Part shown: positions 12,789 to 24,826 of the stretch, piece by piece | Numbering within the stretch: position 1 is the first letter of the stretch | How the letters are laid out: the number at the start of each line of letters is the position of its first letter | Source: Zancudomyces culisetae HAW-14-8 | Lineage: Eukaryota > Fungi > Kickxellomycota | Assembly: GCA_052426225.1 (NCBI GenBank) | Contig: JBNJNM010000013.1 | Coordinates: 1,302,001-1,366,000 of the forward strand | Length of the DNA: 64,000 nt | Direction: 5' to 3' | Made by a program: the position numbers and the translations under genes | The notes under the pieces: model-generated | What the model was told of the DNA's origin: nothing | Database searches by the model: none | Seen by the model: the letters and a program-made list of their open reading frames with translations, nothing else

Positions 12789-14453
12789 ATGGTTAAAGTG
12801 CTTTATTACTTTCTCAATTTTGTCAATTGGGTGACTGGGGCTATAGATTTTGTGGGAGCAGCTAAGCATACTATACAGAATAATGCCCTTATTCATGTCT
12901 TTATAAGTCTATCAGTAGTCATTGTAGTGCTACATGGTATAGGTTCAGATTTCGGTACAGACGGTATTTGGATATGGAAACTAGTGTTAGTACTACTACG
13001 AGGTTCGTTTGGGATCATTATCCTTTATACTGGCATTATTGAAAAGTTTAAAACGATTTTAAAAGGGCTTGCGGTACCATATGGGGGGAAAAAAGTCTAT
13101 GGCTCTTTGTGTGATATGTCGAAGCTTGATACGAATTCGAAGAAATTCAGAGAATATTTTCTGGGCGAGAAGATGAACAATAGTATTAAAGCTATATTCT
13201 TAAATTCAAAGGTTATGTTAATGGGTGGTAAATTTTCAAATGAGTTTACAATGTTTCCCGATGAAATACTGAATGTAAACAAGGCCAGAAACATGATACG
13301 TCACAAGTATACAGTGATCACAAGGGGTGAACATACAAGAGATACGTTACTAGCGAGGTATTTAATATATTTTTCTTCGTATGTTGACTTACCAGAGTCG
13401 ATTTCTGCAATACAGCCGAGCTTGGAGCAAGTAATAATTAAGAAAGTACAAAATTCGGGAAAAATGTATGAGAACAATGAAATTCAAATCGAAAGTCTAG
13501 AGGATCTAGTACGCGAAATAATGGAGTACGCGGTCATATTTAGATATTTGGGACCATATGCGATTAAGGATAAAGAGCTAGTAGATTGTTTCTTAAAATC
13601 AATGGATCGTACTTCTATTGATATATACAGCGAGAATCTCTACTCTATGTTGTTCAGAAACGGGGATGTGGGAAAAAACTACATATACGAGTACATCGAA
13701 CTGGAATCAAAGCGTAGGAAATATTTGCCCGAATTTGGCAAACCCATGGATATAATTCAGTTCTTGGTGGATAATAGCAATTATGTAGAGGAGGATGTAG
13801 CGAAAATGGGATTCCAACTTCAACGTGTTATAGAATCGGGGATAATGATAATAGCGAATAGGTTATACAGTCTGGTAATAGAACTCAGTATAAGACATGA
13901 AGAGTGCAAGGAATTACTAGAAGAACAACTTTCTCTAATCGAAATGAACAACGGATCCACACACATTTCGTTTGAGATGCTGGATGAGATGGTATTACTT
14001 GATGCGTTTATCAAAGAGTGTTTTAGAATGTCAGGCGGAACAACATTTATGCTTCGTAATACAACTCAAGATGTAGTAATGTCAAATGGTGTAACTGTAC
14101 CTAAGGGTGAGTATGTATGCTTTAACATTCAAACACACAACAGAAATCCAAAATTATTTGGACCCAACGCAAATAGCTTCGACTATAAGCGGCATATTCG
14201 TCTTGGAATGAAGCTTTCTGATGCCTCATTGGCCAATTTGATTTGGGGTGCTGGAGCCCGCATTTGCCTTGCTAGATTGTATTCAGTTGCCATAATCAAG
14301 TTGGTAATGGCTATCCTTATACGAAATTTTGAATTCTTTCCAAATTACCGCTCCCAACGAAATAGTAAATTTGAAGACTTGGATGCCTCGCATTACACAA
14401 TATTATCGGATCGCAATAAAACATCAGGTCTCTACGCTATACAGAGGTCCTGA
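12789..14453 (+). CDS. Cytochrome P450 (atypical motifs), membrane-anchored
   Basis: N-terminal hydrophobic segments, K-helix KECFR (ExxR), GVTVPKGEYV, HNRNP..FG and heme motif WGAGARICLAR. Confidence 0.92.
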   Translation: MVKVLYYFLNFVNWVTGAIDFVGAAKHTIQNNALIHVFISLSVVIVVLHGIGSDFGTDGIWIWKLVLVLLRGSFGIIILYTGIIEKFKTILKGLAVPYGGKKVYGSLCDMSKLDTNSKKFREYFLGEKMNNSIKAIFLNSKVMLMGGKFSNEFTMFPDEILNVNKARNMIRHKYTVITRGEHTRDTLLARYLIYFSSYVDLPESISAIQPSLEQVIIKKVQNSGKMYENNEIQIESLEDLVREIMEYAVIFRYLGPYAIKDKELVDCFLKSMDRTSIDIYSENLYSMLFRNGDVGKNYIYEYIELESKRRKYLPEFGKPMDIIQFLVDNSNYVEEDVAKMGFQLQRVIESGIMIIANRLYSLVIELSIRHEECKELLEEQLSLIEMNNGSTHISFEMLDEMVLLDAFIKECFRMSGGTTFMLRNTTQDVVMSNGVTVPKGEYVCFNIQTHNRNPKLFGPNANSFDYKRHIRLGMKLSDASLANLIWGAGARICLARLYSVAIIKLVMAILIRNFEFFPNYRSQRNSKFEDLDASHYTILSDRNKTSGLYAIQRS

Positions 14454-14750
14454 AAGTGCTCATAACTACATGGAAAATCATGTTTATTTAACTTCAACCT
14501 CATTCGCATCTATAATATTTTTACCAATTTGAGTTTTGAGGTTTGAGTTTTTCAAATATTGTAGATTGTGCTTTTTATAACAAAAAATACTAAATCTAAT
14601 TATATTGATGTAATTTTGATTAAATAAAACTCGAATAAAAATTAAAAAAGTCAAATATTTACAGAGTAACAAGAAATTATTGATTTAAAAATTGAGGCGT
14701 TAGCTTATGAATCTTAATATAAAAAGCAAATAAAATAAAGTAGCTCTAGA

Positions 14751-16517
14751 ATGAACGAAAAAAAGTCGCGATGGGATCACGAAGATCTGGTGTCTGATTC
14801 GGATGAAGGTAAGAAATTCAAAGTTTTTGTAAACTATCTTTTCATGTTCTATATAGGATTTATACGCTAATAAATGGAAAAGTATGATGAAAGCTAATAT
14901 GCTATGTTTATTTTTTCTAGAGCATAAAAAGCCGAAAAAGCAAAAGATAATCTATGATAAAAATGCAGAATCCAAATGCAACGAGAGATTGGACTTAATT
15001 ACAGACGAGAAAAAAATGAAAAAGAGATTACATACAATAATGGAGTGTAGAAAGTTTGAGGAGACGTATGAAAAGTTAAATAAGATCGAGGAGGGAACGT
15101 ACGGGGTGGTATTCAGAGCTAAAAATAAAATCACAGGGGAAATTGTCGCACTTAAACACTTGAAGCTTGAGAATGAAAACAACGGATTTCCAATTACAAG
15201 CTTGAGAGAGATATATACATTACTATTTGCAAAACATAACAATATAGTAAATGTCAAAGAGATAGTTACAGGAAAAGCGCTGAATAGGTAGGTTTCAGTT
15301 TTTTCTTCTTTTCATAGTTTATGCCGATATATGCACAGTACATCTACAGTTGTGGTAAAAAAAAAACTCATAAGTGCACTTGTGCGTGTATTTATACAGT
15401 ATCTATATAGTCATGGAGTATATTGAGCACGATCTAAAATCCCTGATGACAGACATGCCCTCACCGTTTCTGCAATCCGAAGTTAAAACATTGATGCTCC
15501 AGCTTCTTTCAGCGGTTGAGTTTTTACACAAAAACTGGATAGTACATAGGGACCTGAAAACATCTAATTTACTCGTGTCTAACCTGGGTCAAATCAAGGT
15601 CGCAGTTTTTGAATTAGCAAGGAAATACAGTAGTTCTTTGGGATCAATGACACAACTGGTGGTTACTCTTTGGTATCGTGCCCCTGAGCTTCTATTTGGT
15701 GAGAACAAGTACTCCACAAAGGTCGATATGTGGTCGATTGGGTGTATTTTTGCTGAGTTACTGCATTCAGAGCCTTTATTTCCTGGAAGAGGCGAGCTGG
15801 ATCAAATCAAAAAGGTATGTTTCATAATCTGATTAGCTGGACCCAAACTGATATTGAGCAAAAAAAAAAGTTTATTACACTGTTTTGTTATTATAAAGCA
15901 ATATATCGAATGCAACGGTTAATAGATGCTTTGAATTTAAACATGTGCAAATAGATATTTTCGATGCTAGGGACTCCAGACGAAAAAAAATGGCCGGGGT
16001 TTAAAGACCTTCCAAATGCCAAGCTATTCAAATTTTCTGTGCTGTCAAAAAACAGGATACGAGAGAAATTTACAAACTTGACACATAATGGAATAGATTT
16101 ACTTTCAAAATTACTTGAATACGACCCAGACAAGAGAATTAGTGCTAACGAAGCCATTTCACACCCGTATTTTGGGTACGTAAGCCAAAACACTTTTCAT
16201 TAAAATTTCACCAACACAGTATTGGTTTTTTGCTTTTTATATATTTTAAGACCAAAAAAGCCCGATAAATATACCCTAACAATTAAATTAGCGAATCGCC
16301 ATTACCAAAAGATCCAAGGCTATTCCCCACTTGGCCTTCTAAAAGCTCTAGCGAAAAGAGAAAGTCGATTGCAAGTTCATCTCTACCCAAGGACACCAAG
16401 GATAATTTTCTCAGTGATAATACGTCTGTTGATAAAGATTCGCTAAATTACAACAGAATGTTGTTCGATATAGACACCAAAGCCAGCGATACTTCAATGT
16501 TTAGATTGAGACTATAA
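14751..16517 (+). CDS. CDK11: PITSLRE-type cyclin-dependent kinase (CDK11/CDK10 family) with DFG replaced by VFE; 5 exons: 14751-14808, 14921-15287, 15400-15814, 15955-16175, 16292-16517
   Basis: [54 protein letters not shown] and the family tail PxxFPTWPSK. Four GT-AG introns join the exons in frame. Confidence 0.88.
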
Positions 16518-18425
16518 TATCTATATTCTGAAACGTTCTAATCATGATAGTGATACCGTTCTTTCATTCAAAAATATTGAATGGATCTGCTATTATATAT
16601 TCAAGTACTGTACTAACATCGTTCATTCTTTGCCTATTTACAGCTATAGACTAAAATATTTGTAGTACATATTTTATTTTTTTGATATTTTTTTATCTAT
16701 TTTTTATGATAAATACAAACTTCTCACCTTTTATTCAGTGTTATATGTTTTCTAAAAAAAAGTTTAAAAATAGAAATTAAAGCACAATAAATTATTAAAA
16801 CTGTTGATATAAGTTATTGCTTCACGAAAAATTAAGCACAGCAATAAAAATGAAATGTGAACCTATTAGATTTAATAATATAATATAAAAACAAGTGTTA
16901 GTAATATGGCATCATCAGAACAAAACTAAAATATTTCACTATTTGTATGTAAATAAAAAACTAAACAAAAATAAGGTTAAGTTGGTTCTGCACCAACCAT
17001 TTCTACCTTACACATGGGTCGGTAATAGACCAGGTCTTAGGAATATAAATTCTGCTGAACCTGAGAAAGCAAAACTTGCTTTCCGTAAAATACTGTCAAT
17101 TAAAACTGGAAGATAGTAATTAAGGAAATCTTCGATACTCTGTCAGAATTCGAAACAAGCTTTTACATCGAAAAAAAGAAAGCCTGCATATAGGCCATAC
17201 GTCGATTATACAAATAGTAGTAATTTACATAGATTATTGGTTCACTGAATTCTTGATAATTGAACTTTGTTATTCATAGAAAAACAACTTATCCCATTAA
17301 TAAACTTGAAAAGAAAAAGTTTAAATCAATAGTTAATGCAACCATTATTGATAAACACGGACAACTAATATCATTACATCAATAAAAATGTTAAATGTAT
17401 GTTCAAAATAAAAAATAAAATTATAGATAAACAAAAAAGTCATCATAAAAAAAGCAATAGGCTATGATTATATGTTCGATTTAAACTGTGAAATGTCAAT
17501 TCTAATTATGTAAATAGTTATTTAGTCTAGTTTAAATATCAAAAACAGAAATATAGATAGCTAAAATAATACTTTAAGAATACACAGTATTTAAATCTAA
17601 ACTAGAAATCTTTTATAATAAAATTATTGAACCTATAAAAAAGTAATTCAAATTATTCATTAAGCAAAATTAATATTATTTCAATAGTAGAAATTTAAAC
17701 TTAATTTTAGTAATCCAGATTTTAACTATAAATAATAAATTAAGCTAAAAATTATAACATTATATAAAATAGATTATATCATATGTAACATATTAACTTT
17801 ATTTGAGGTAGAGTAAATTATTATGTTTTAAATAGAAATTGAAGAAAATAGTTTAAGCTAGTGAGTTTATTTCAGGGTAAAGTACTAAAAGAAAAAATAA
17901 CTGTAAAAAGACGCATCAGAGGTGTTTTGTTAATAATAAATTAAATAATTTTGGTAAATACAGATTAAATAATGTAATGATTCAAAAATAGATTAGCTTT
18001 AAATTGTTACTATAAATAAAGTAAGTTCTAAAAGAAAATATATGATAATTTAGATACTATGTCGTCTAAAGTCATTATCGAAATGTTTTGAAATTCAAAT
18101 TTACAATGAAGTTCCTTATTAATAGATTAATCATTTTATATATAAAAATTGTATAAAACGTTATTTGCTATAAGAATAGAATACTAAATTATGGTATATT
18201 AATAATAAATACTACTTTTATATCTATTATTAAATACTTTAAAAATCTCTATGCATTTTCAATTCATATAATAATAGACTATATATTTATGTAAATCTAA
18301 AGTTGTTCACTTAATATCCAGCCAGCTGTTCAATTAATAATCTTTATACTCTTTCGAATTCTATACTCGTCTCGAGTTGAATTACTATAAGGCTAAAATC
18401 GAAATTGATACGCTAAAAAATATAT

Positions 18426-18855
18426 TGTAATATATAATAGATGTTATTAATATCTGATATATTTTTCAGCTAATGTGATGGCTGGGTTTGGTATAACACT
18501 GGTTATGTCAGTTATACTAAGGTCTCGGATCACTTCACTAGTTTTGATTGCCGAAATAAGAGTGATTAATATCTTTTATTATTGTTATAATAATAATAAA
18601 ACACCAAGTAAACTATACAGTATCAAGTGCTATTTGCTATTAATAAGTATTAAAAATTATATGTAAAAGTATTCCGTTAAAAAGGAAAAGCGTATTTTTC
18701 GTTATCGGCTTCCGTTAATTCACTGATTATTCTATTAAACAACTTTACAATTGTAGTTATTTTAATATATATACAATTACACGTTAATTGGTAGTTACAA
18801 TGTGCTAGGAACGGAAATATTTAGCTAGCTAAAAGTATTGATACGCTCTACTACA
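18426..18855 (-). mobile_element. Family-E solo LTR (diverged)
   Basis: TG...CA termini and colinear similarity to the E LTR at 49560-50000. Flanks ATAT/ATGT may be a decayed 4-bp TSD. An older E-like remnant lies immediately to the left (~18250-18425). Confidence 0.8.
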
Positions 18856-18893
18856 ATGTTAGTTCAAATGTTGAACTTAACAAACTTTGCTAT

Positions 18894-19334
18894 TGTAATA
18901 TATTGTAGATGTTATAAGTTATCTGATATATTTTTCAGCTAATGTGATGGCTGAGTTTGGTATAGCACTGATTCTGTCAGTTATACTCAGGTCTCGGATC
19001 ACTTCACTAGTTCTGTTTGCCGTATGAAGAATGTTTTAAATACTTTTTATTATTGATATAATACTAATAAAACACTTAGTAAACTATATCAGTAAGGTGC
19101 TATTTTCAATTATTAAGTATATTTAAACGTAATTGTAAAGTATATTCCGCTAAGAAAGGCTAAAGATGTTTATTTTCCTTGTCCGCTTCGCTTTTATTCC
19201 CTGATCGTTCAGATATTCAACTTTACTGTTATAAATATTTAGATATAAATTAACTACAAGTTAATTGGTAGTTATATTATGCTAAGGAATCGCAATTGAT
19301 TCGCTAGCAAAAAGTATGTAGCCGTTATACTACA
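18894..19334 (-). mobile_element. Family-E solo LTR, chimeric (441 bp)
   Basis: The first ~170 nt are identical to the E 5' LTR. The remainder matches the 55551 LTR variant better. Flanks are non-matching (TTAC/ATAG in element sense). Confidence 0.9.
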
Positions 19335-19415
19335 GTAAACGTTATACTACACTATAACAAATTAGACATACATTAATATTTATAATTTATGTAAAAAAAC
19401 AAATTAAACCCAAAA

Positions 19416-19497
19416 TGGTATCAGTGAGATTCGAACTCACGCCTCTTTCGAGACCGCAACTTGAGTGCGGCGCCTTAGACCGCTCGGCCATGATACC
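19416..19497 (-). tRNA. tRNA-Leu(CAA), copy 1
   Basis: Acceptor stem GGTATCA/TGATACC-A, A-box TGGCCGAGCGG, anticodon arm CCGCA-CTCAAGT-TGCGG, long variable arm, B-box GTTCGAATC, followed by a TTTT terminator. Confidence 0.97.
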
Positions 19498-19504
19498 CCT
19501 ATTT

Positions 19505-22500
19505 TGTTAACTTTCGACCCTTTTCTGCTAGTAGTCGTAGTTATTCGTATTTAGTTGGTTTAAAATTTAATAGAAAAGTTAATTATCTACTTGTTTTGTT
19601 CGAAACTCTAACTAACTATTAAGACTTGCTTATTATTTTGGTTATTATTCTTTATTTTTTATTGCTAAAAAGTTGTTATCCTAAAAGTTATTCTTCCAAA
19701 CTATAAATAAAATTTATATATAAACTATTTTTTTTCCATCTATTTTGTTATCTCAATTTTTTTGTGTTATCAATTTTTGTTTTGTAATTTCTTGGCTCAT
19801 TAAAAAAACCCAAATTGTTAGGGAAAAAAGAGTCCAATTTTTCCACTAATTTTAATATAGTAATTTATCAGAATTGACTTTGTCAATTCGTATTTTTTAT
19901 AATATATAATTAATTATGCAACAGAACCCCCATCCCAAATTGGACGTACAGGGTTTTTAAAACGCTGCAACTTCGATCTAAGCTGTGTAGTAACTTCAGG
20001 AACCATTCGATTACTATGGAAAAAACTTTTCAGTGAATCGCCATTCACAATGTCACGATTTCCATCCGAATCTGCGATCAGGTAAGCACCTAAATTTAGT
20101 TTTTTCAACACTCGGTATGGACCTTCCCATACCTCCTGAAACTTGTCGGTAACGTGTTCAATCAGTTTTAAGACCATTTCGTCAACTTTGAAATTTACTA
20201 ATCTTACTCTTCGGTCATATATTAACTTCATATTTTGCTTTGCTTTGACACTTTTTTGATAGCCTATGCTTCGTAGTTCGGGTATACTGGTGTTTATGGC
20301 TGCAATTCTTTCCTGGATGGCGAGATCTAAATCGCTGATTTCGGCCGGCGGAGACCATAACGCAGGCGTACTTAACTTTACTCCGTATAGTAGTTCGGCC
20401 GGGCTCATGCCTGTGCTTCTGTTTCTCATTGTCCTGATAACCAGTAGCGACTTCCATAAGTAAGAGTCCCAATTGTTTTTGTCTGCTTTGCATTGTCTTG
20501 CTAACGTATTTTTTAGGGTTTGGTTCAGGCGCTCGACCTGACCATTTGACTGCGGGCGATACGGTGTGGATGGTGTATGTTTAATTCCGAGGTACTTATA
20601 AACTGTGTCTGCTGCTTCGCTGATAAAACCCGAGCCTCTATCAGTGATTATTTGATCGGGGGTACCGTAGTACTGAACTATGTGAGTTATTATAAAGTTA
20701 ATTATAGTATCCGATTTTATATTTTCTACGGCCTCAGCTACAGGCCAGCGCGTAAAATAGTCAATGCCCGTGAGAATGTAACGGTTTCCTTGAGCAGATA
20801 CTGGACTAATAGGGCCAACTGCATCTAGTCCAAAGATGCCAAAAGGTTTGTGGACGTATATCGGCTGAAGCTCGTTGTTCCTATTGCGATTTCCAATATA
20901 TCTCTGACATACTAGACATTCTTTTACTACTTTTTTAACAGTTTTAAATAAATCGTTTCCTGTATACTTCTCTGCGATTCTCCTCCACGTATTCTCGATT
21001 CCTTGATGAGACTCGTCATGAATCTCTTTAACCTTTTCAGTTATGTTATTTCTTAATAAAACTTCCTTCCAAACTTCCTTACATAATTTGAATAATTTGT
21101 TGTTGATAAGCTTGAATTTTTTAGATAAATAATTAATCTTTTTCTTTGACACTTCGTCGCTTTGCTCTGGGTACCTATTATTTAGTAAATATTCTAAAAT
21201 AGTTTCGTTAGATATTTTTGTTACAGAAAATACATCTATAACTTCCTCAACCGATGTAGTAGGTTCTAATCTTGATAGGGCATCAGCGGGGTTTGACTTT
21301 CCTTTGCAATGGACAATTGTATAGTCATAATTTCGAAGAATCATAGCCCACCTGGCTACTCTTCCGGCTATATCTTTTCCATTGAACAAATTCAGTAAAG
21401 CTTTATGGTCCGTACGTATAGTGAAATGGCGTCCCCACAGGTAATGTTTGAATTTTTTTACGCCCCAAATTACAGCTAAACCCTCGAGATGGGTAATAGA
21501 GTAATTTCTCTCATGCTTGTTTGTGGTTTTACTAGCAAAACAAATAGGTCTCTCGCCAAGTTCCGAAGATTGTGAAAGTATAGCACCAACGCCTTCAATT
21601 GAAGCGTCAGTGGTAAGTATAAACTCTGAATCCCAATTTGGATGAGCTAATGTGGGTGCGGTACAAAGGCTTTGTTTTAATAAATTAACTGCATTTTCTT
21701 GTTCAATAGACCATTTCCAAGTGTTTTCTTTCCTAAGTAGTTTGACTAAAGGCGCGGAAATCAATGCATAACGGTCCACGAATTTGCGATAATACCCGAC
21801 TAGACCGAGAAAAGATTGTAGTTCCTTGACGTTATTAGGTACCTTTGCTTCTGTAATTGCTTTTATTTTATCATTTGTAGTACCAATTCCCTCAGAAGAC
21901 ACGGTATGTCCCAAGTAACACAATTTATTCATTCCTAATAAACACTTATCACTATGCAGTTGAATTTTATGTTGTCTAAGTAGCTCAAATACCTTTTTTA
22001 AATCCTCCACATGCTGCTCAACTGACTGAGAGTAAATAATAATGTCGTCAATAAAAACGACTGCGATCTTCCAAAGTACTGGCGAAAGGGCTTTCTCCAT
22101 AAGTCGTTGAAAAGAGGCCGGGCTGTTTGTCAGCCCAAACGGCATGACATTGTAGCAGTAGCTACCGCCTCCAGGGATTGCAAACGCGGTTTTTAATCTG
22201 TCTTTGGCTGCCATTCTTATTTGCCAAAACCCAGATAGCGCGTCTAAGCTGGTAAATATTTTGCTTCCGGCAAGCGACATAAATATATCATCTATAGTAG
22301 GTAACGGATAACAATCCTTTTTGGTTACCTGGTTCAGCTTCCTATAATCTGCACATATCCTTAACCTGCCATTCTTTTTATAAACTGTTACGACTGGCGA
22401 ACACCACTCTGAATAACACGGTGAAATTATTCCTTTATTCTCCATTTCAATTAACTCATTTCTAACCTTTTCTTGCATATGATAGGGAATTCTGTATGGG

Positions 22501-24821
22501 CGCTGCTTGATCGGTGTATGATCTGTTAGTTCAATACTATGCTCTGTGAGATTAGTTTGGGTAAGCTCCCCTATGTCTTCAACAAAGATATCAGCATATT
22601 GCTCTCGTAGTTTGATAAACCTTTCATTCTCGATTTGCTTGTTATCACTTTCAACACCATTTTCACTCTTCACCATAAAATATAGCTCAGTTTCTTGTGG
22701 CCAGTAAGTCGTATCTTCTGCAAGTATTTTCATTGGTATAACTAATATTTCTGAATGTGTGTGTATCTTTAGTTCTCTGCTTCTTGGATCTATAATCCCG
22801 TGGTGCCTATACAACCAATCTGTGCCGAGAATTAAAGTACTTCCTTTGCGATTCATAACTATGAGCTCTGCTTCTAGTAAGTGATTTCCTATAGTTATAG
22901 GTACTTTGTTCATAACACCTTCAGTGAGATGTTTTGTTCCATCAGCTGTTACCAACACTTGTCTGTGCCAACCCTCTGGTTCTATGCCCCACTGCTCAAC
23001 CATGCTTGGTGTAGTTACAGAACAAGCGGCTCCAGAGTCAACAACAGCCCAATAGTTTTTGTTGAATACCGTGACCATGACCCGGCAGTTGCTGATTTTT
23101 TGTGGTAATATCCTGATTTCATTTACTTCTTGTTTTTTTATTTTTTTAGAAAGACTATTAAACTCTGTTGCTATGGTAGGAGAAACGGCTATTAACTGAG
23201 GTAGACTAATCTTTGGATAAAACTGGTTAAATTCAGATTGTAGATTGAATGGCTCGACGTTTTCGATAATGCGCTGGATGGTTTTCTGTTTTTTATTCAC
23301 TATAGTGACTTCAGGTGTAACTTCCATATCCATGTCCACAACATTATCTGTTATAGTTGCCTCAGGTTTTATAATAACAGGTTTCATCTTTCTAACTGGT
23401 TTATTATCACTTATATATGGCTTACTGATATTTGATTTAGCTTTTTGCCTTTGCACTAAGTAAACATCATTATCTGGCGTGTCATCAGTGTCAATATCCG
23501 TGTCATCGACTGGTAGTAACTCAATAGTGCTGATTTCTTTTTTACTTTGTACCTCATCTGTTTTGGTAGTTCCAATCTTTGTACACTGACTCTTGTAGTG
23601 TCCTGTTGTTCTACAGATAGAACAGTACGGTGGCCTTTGATAACGCTGTTGCATACTTTTACTTATAGCAATGTCAATTTTCTTTTCAACAACCTCTTCG
23701 ACTTTTGAAAGTAAGTTTATACTCCATTCTTCCATCTTGGATATCATCTCATCATAACCAATCTTTTGATCAGTCATTTCTTTTATTGGTTTGCCAGGTC
23801 CGGTTAGTCTGTAAGATTTTGATGTAGATGAATTTGTCTCTGCGATGTCTGTAGAATTGTAACTAGGGGTATCTATATCCAGATTTATGGCATTTATGAT
23901 AGTATCCCACTCTTGATAATTTGATTCTAGGACTCTTGCTTTATATTTTGGACTCAATGCACTGATTAACCAATTGACCTTATGTTTGTCATCTGTTATA
24001 CCAGATTTTTGTAGAGCTATTTCTAAAGCATACTCAAATTCGTCAACAGAATTGTAACCTGACTGACAAATGCTTTTTAGTGTCTCGATTGACTGATGAG
24101 CTTTGATTTTATTTATGAACTTTTTATTGAATGAAGAAACGACAGAATTCCAATCGGTGAATGTACTCTTTTGCCTAATATACCAAATCTTTTCACGGTT
24201 ACCTAGATGTGCAGGTAAATATTTTATTAGATCTTCGTCAGACCAATTTCTGAGTCTGGCACTCAAACTGTACGAATCAATCCAATCTTCTGGGTTGTCA
24301 ATTTCTGAGTTAAACTTTTCAACTAGTGTCATGTTTGATTTAAAGGTGTTTATTTAATATTTTAGCTATAAAACGGACTCCAAGTCCTGGCTGGATCACC
24401 ACTGTTAACTTTCGACCCTTTTCTGCTAGTAGTCGTAGTTATTCGTATTTAGTTGGTTTAAAATTTAATAGAAAAGTTAATTATCTACTTGTTTTGTTCG
24501 AAACTCTAACTAACTATTAAGACTTGCTTATTATTTTGGTTATTATTCTTTATTTTTTATTGCTAAAAAGTTGTTATCCTAAAAGTTATTCTTCCAAACT
24601 ATAAATAAAATTTATATATAAACTATTTTTTTTCCATCTATTTTGTTATCTCAATTTTTTTGTGTTATCAATTTTTGTTTTGTAATTTCTTGGCTCATTA
24701 AAAAAACCCAAATTGTTAGGGAAAAAAGAGTCCAATTTTTCCACTAATTTTAATATAGTAATTTATCAGAATTGACTTTGTCAATTCGTATTTTTTATAA
24801 TATATAATTAATTATGCAACA
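19505..24821 (-). mobile_element. Ty3/Gypsy LTR retrotransposon, family A, full length
   Basis: 419-bp LTRs at 19505-19923 and 24403-24821 look identical. TG...CA ends, 4-bp TSD ATTT (19501-04 / 24822-25), PBS TGGTGATCCAGCCAGG and PPT GGGATGGGGG. Confidence 0.96.
19914..24332 (-). CDS. Gag-Pol polyprotein of element A (single ORF: CA, CCHC, PR, RT, RNase H, IN)
   Basis: CSICRTTGHYKSQC, VVDSGA, VMPFGL, FIDD, TTDAS, HxxxH...CxxC, integrase D-D-E (GLDA, ITDRG, GQVER) and WEGPY. Confidence 0.96.
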   Translation of the reverse strand: MTLVEKFNSEIDNPEDWIDSYSLSARLRNWSDEDLIKYLPAHLGNREKIWYIRQKSTFTDWNSVVSSFNKKFINKIKAHQSIETLKSICQSGYNSVDEFEYALEIALQKSGITDDKHKVNWLISALSPKYKARVLESNYQEWDTIINAINLDIDTPSYNSTDIAETNSSTSKSYRLTGPGKPIKEMTDQKIGYDEMISKMEEWSINLLSKVEEVVEKKIDIAISKSMQQRYQRPPYCSICRTTGHYKSQCTKIGTTKTDEVQSKKEISTIELLPVDDTDIDTDDTPDNDVYLVQRQKAKSNISKPYISDNKPVRKMKPVIIKPEATITDNVVDMDMEVTPEVTIVNKKQKTIQRIIENVEPFNLQSEFNQFYPKISLPQLIAVSPTIATEFNSLSKKIKKQEVNEIRILPQKISNCRVMVTVFNKNYWAVVDSGAACSVTTPSMVEQWGIEPEGWHRQVLVTADGTKHLTEGVMNKVPITIGNHLLEAELIVMNRKGSTLILGTDWLYRHHGIIDPRSRELKIHTHSEILVIPMKILAEDTTYWPQETELYFMVKSENGVESDNKQIENERFIKLREQYADIFVEDIGELTQTNLTEHSIELTDHTPIKQRPYRIPYHMQEKVRNELIEMENKGIISPCYSEWCSPVVTVYKKNGRLRICADYRKLNQVTKKDCYPLPTIDDIFMSLAGSKIFTSLDALSGFWQIRMAAKDRLKTAFAIPGGGSYCYNVMPFGLTNSPASFQRLMEKALSPVLWKIAVVFIDDIIIYSQSVEQHVEDLKKVFELLRQHKIQLHSDKCLLGMNKLCYLGHTVSSEGIGTTNDKIKAITEAKVPNNVKELQSFLGLVGYYRKFVDRYALISAPLVKLLRKENTWKWSIEQENAVNLLKQSLCTAPTLAHPNWDSEFILTTDASIEGVGAILSQSSELGERPICFASKTTNKHERNYSITHLEGLAVIWGVKKFKHYLWGRHFTIRTDHKALLNLFNGKDIAGRVARWAMILRNYDYTIVHCKGKSNPADALSRLEPTTSVEEVIDVFSVTKISNETILEYLLNNRYPEQSDEVSKKKINYLSKKFKLINNKLFKLCKEVWKEVLLRNNITEKVKEIHDESHQGIENTWRRIAEKYTGNDLFKTVKKVVKECLVCQRYIGNRNRNNELQPIYVHKPFGIFGLDAVGPISPVSAQGNRYILTGIDYFTRWPVAEAVENIKSDTIINFIITHIVQYYGTPDQIITDRGSGFISEAADTVYKYLGIKHTPSTPYRPQSNGQVERLNQTLKNTLARQCKADKNNWDSYLWKSLLVIRTMRNRSTGMSPAELLYGVKLSTPALWSPPAEISDLDLAIQERIAAINTSIPELRSIGYQKSVKAKQNMKLIYDRRVRLVNFKVDEMVLKLIEHVTDKFQEVWEGPYRVLKKLNLGAYLIADSDGNRDIVNGDSLKSFFHSNRMVPEVTTQLRSKLQRFKNPVRPIWDGGSVA

Positions 24822-24826
24822 ATTTT

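Noticed and set aside
16900-18250. AT-rich stretch that may be decayed transposon sequence
   Set aside because: No motif could be supported by eye. It needs a repeat-library search.
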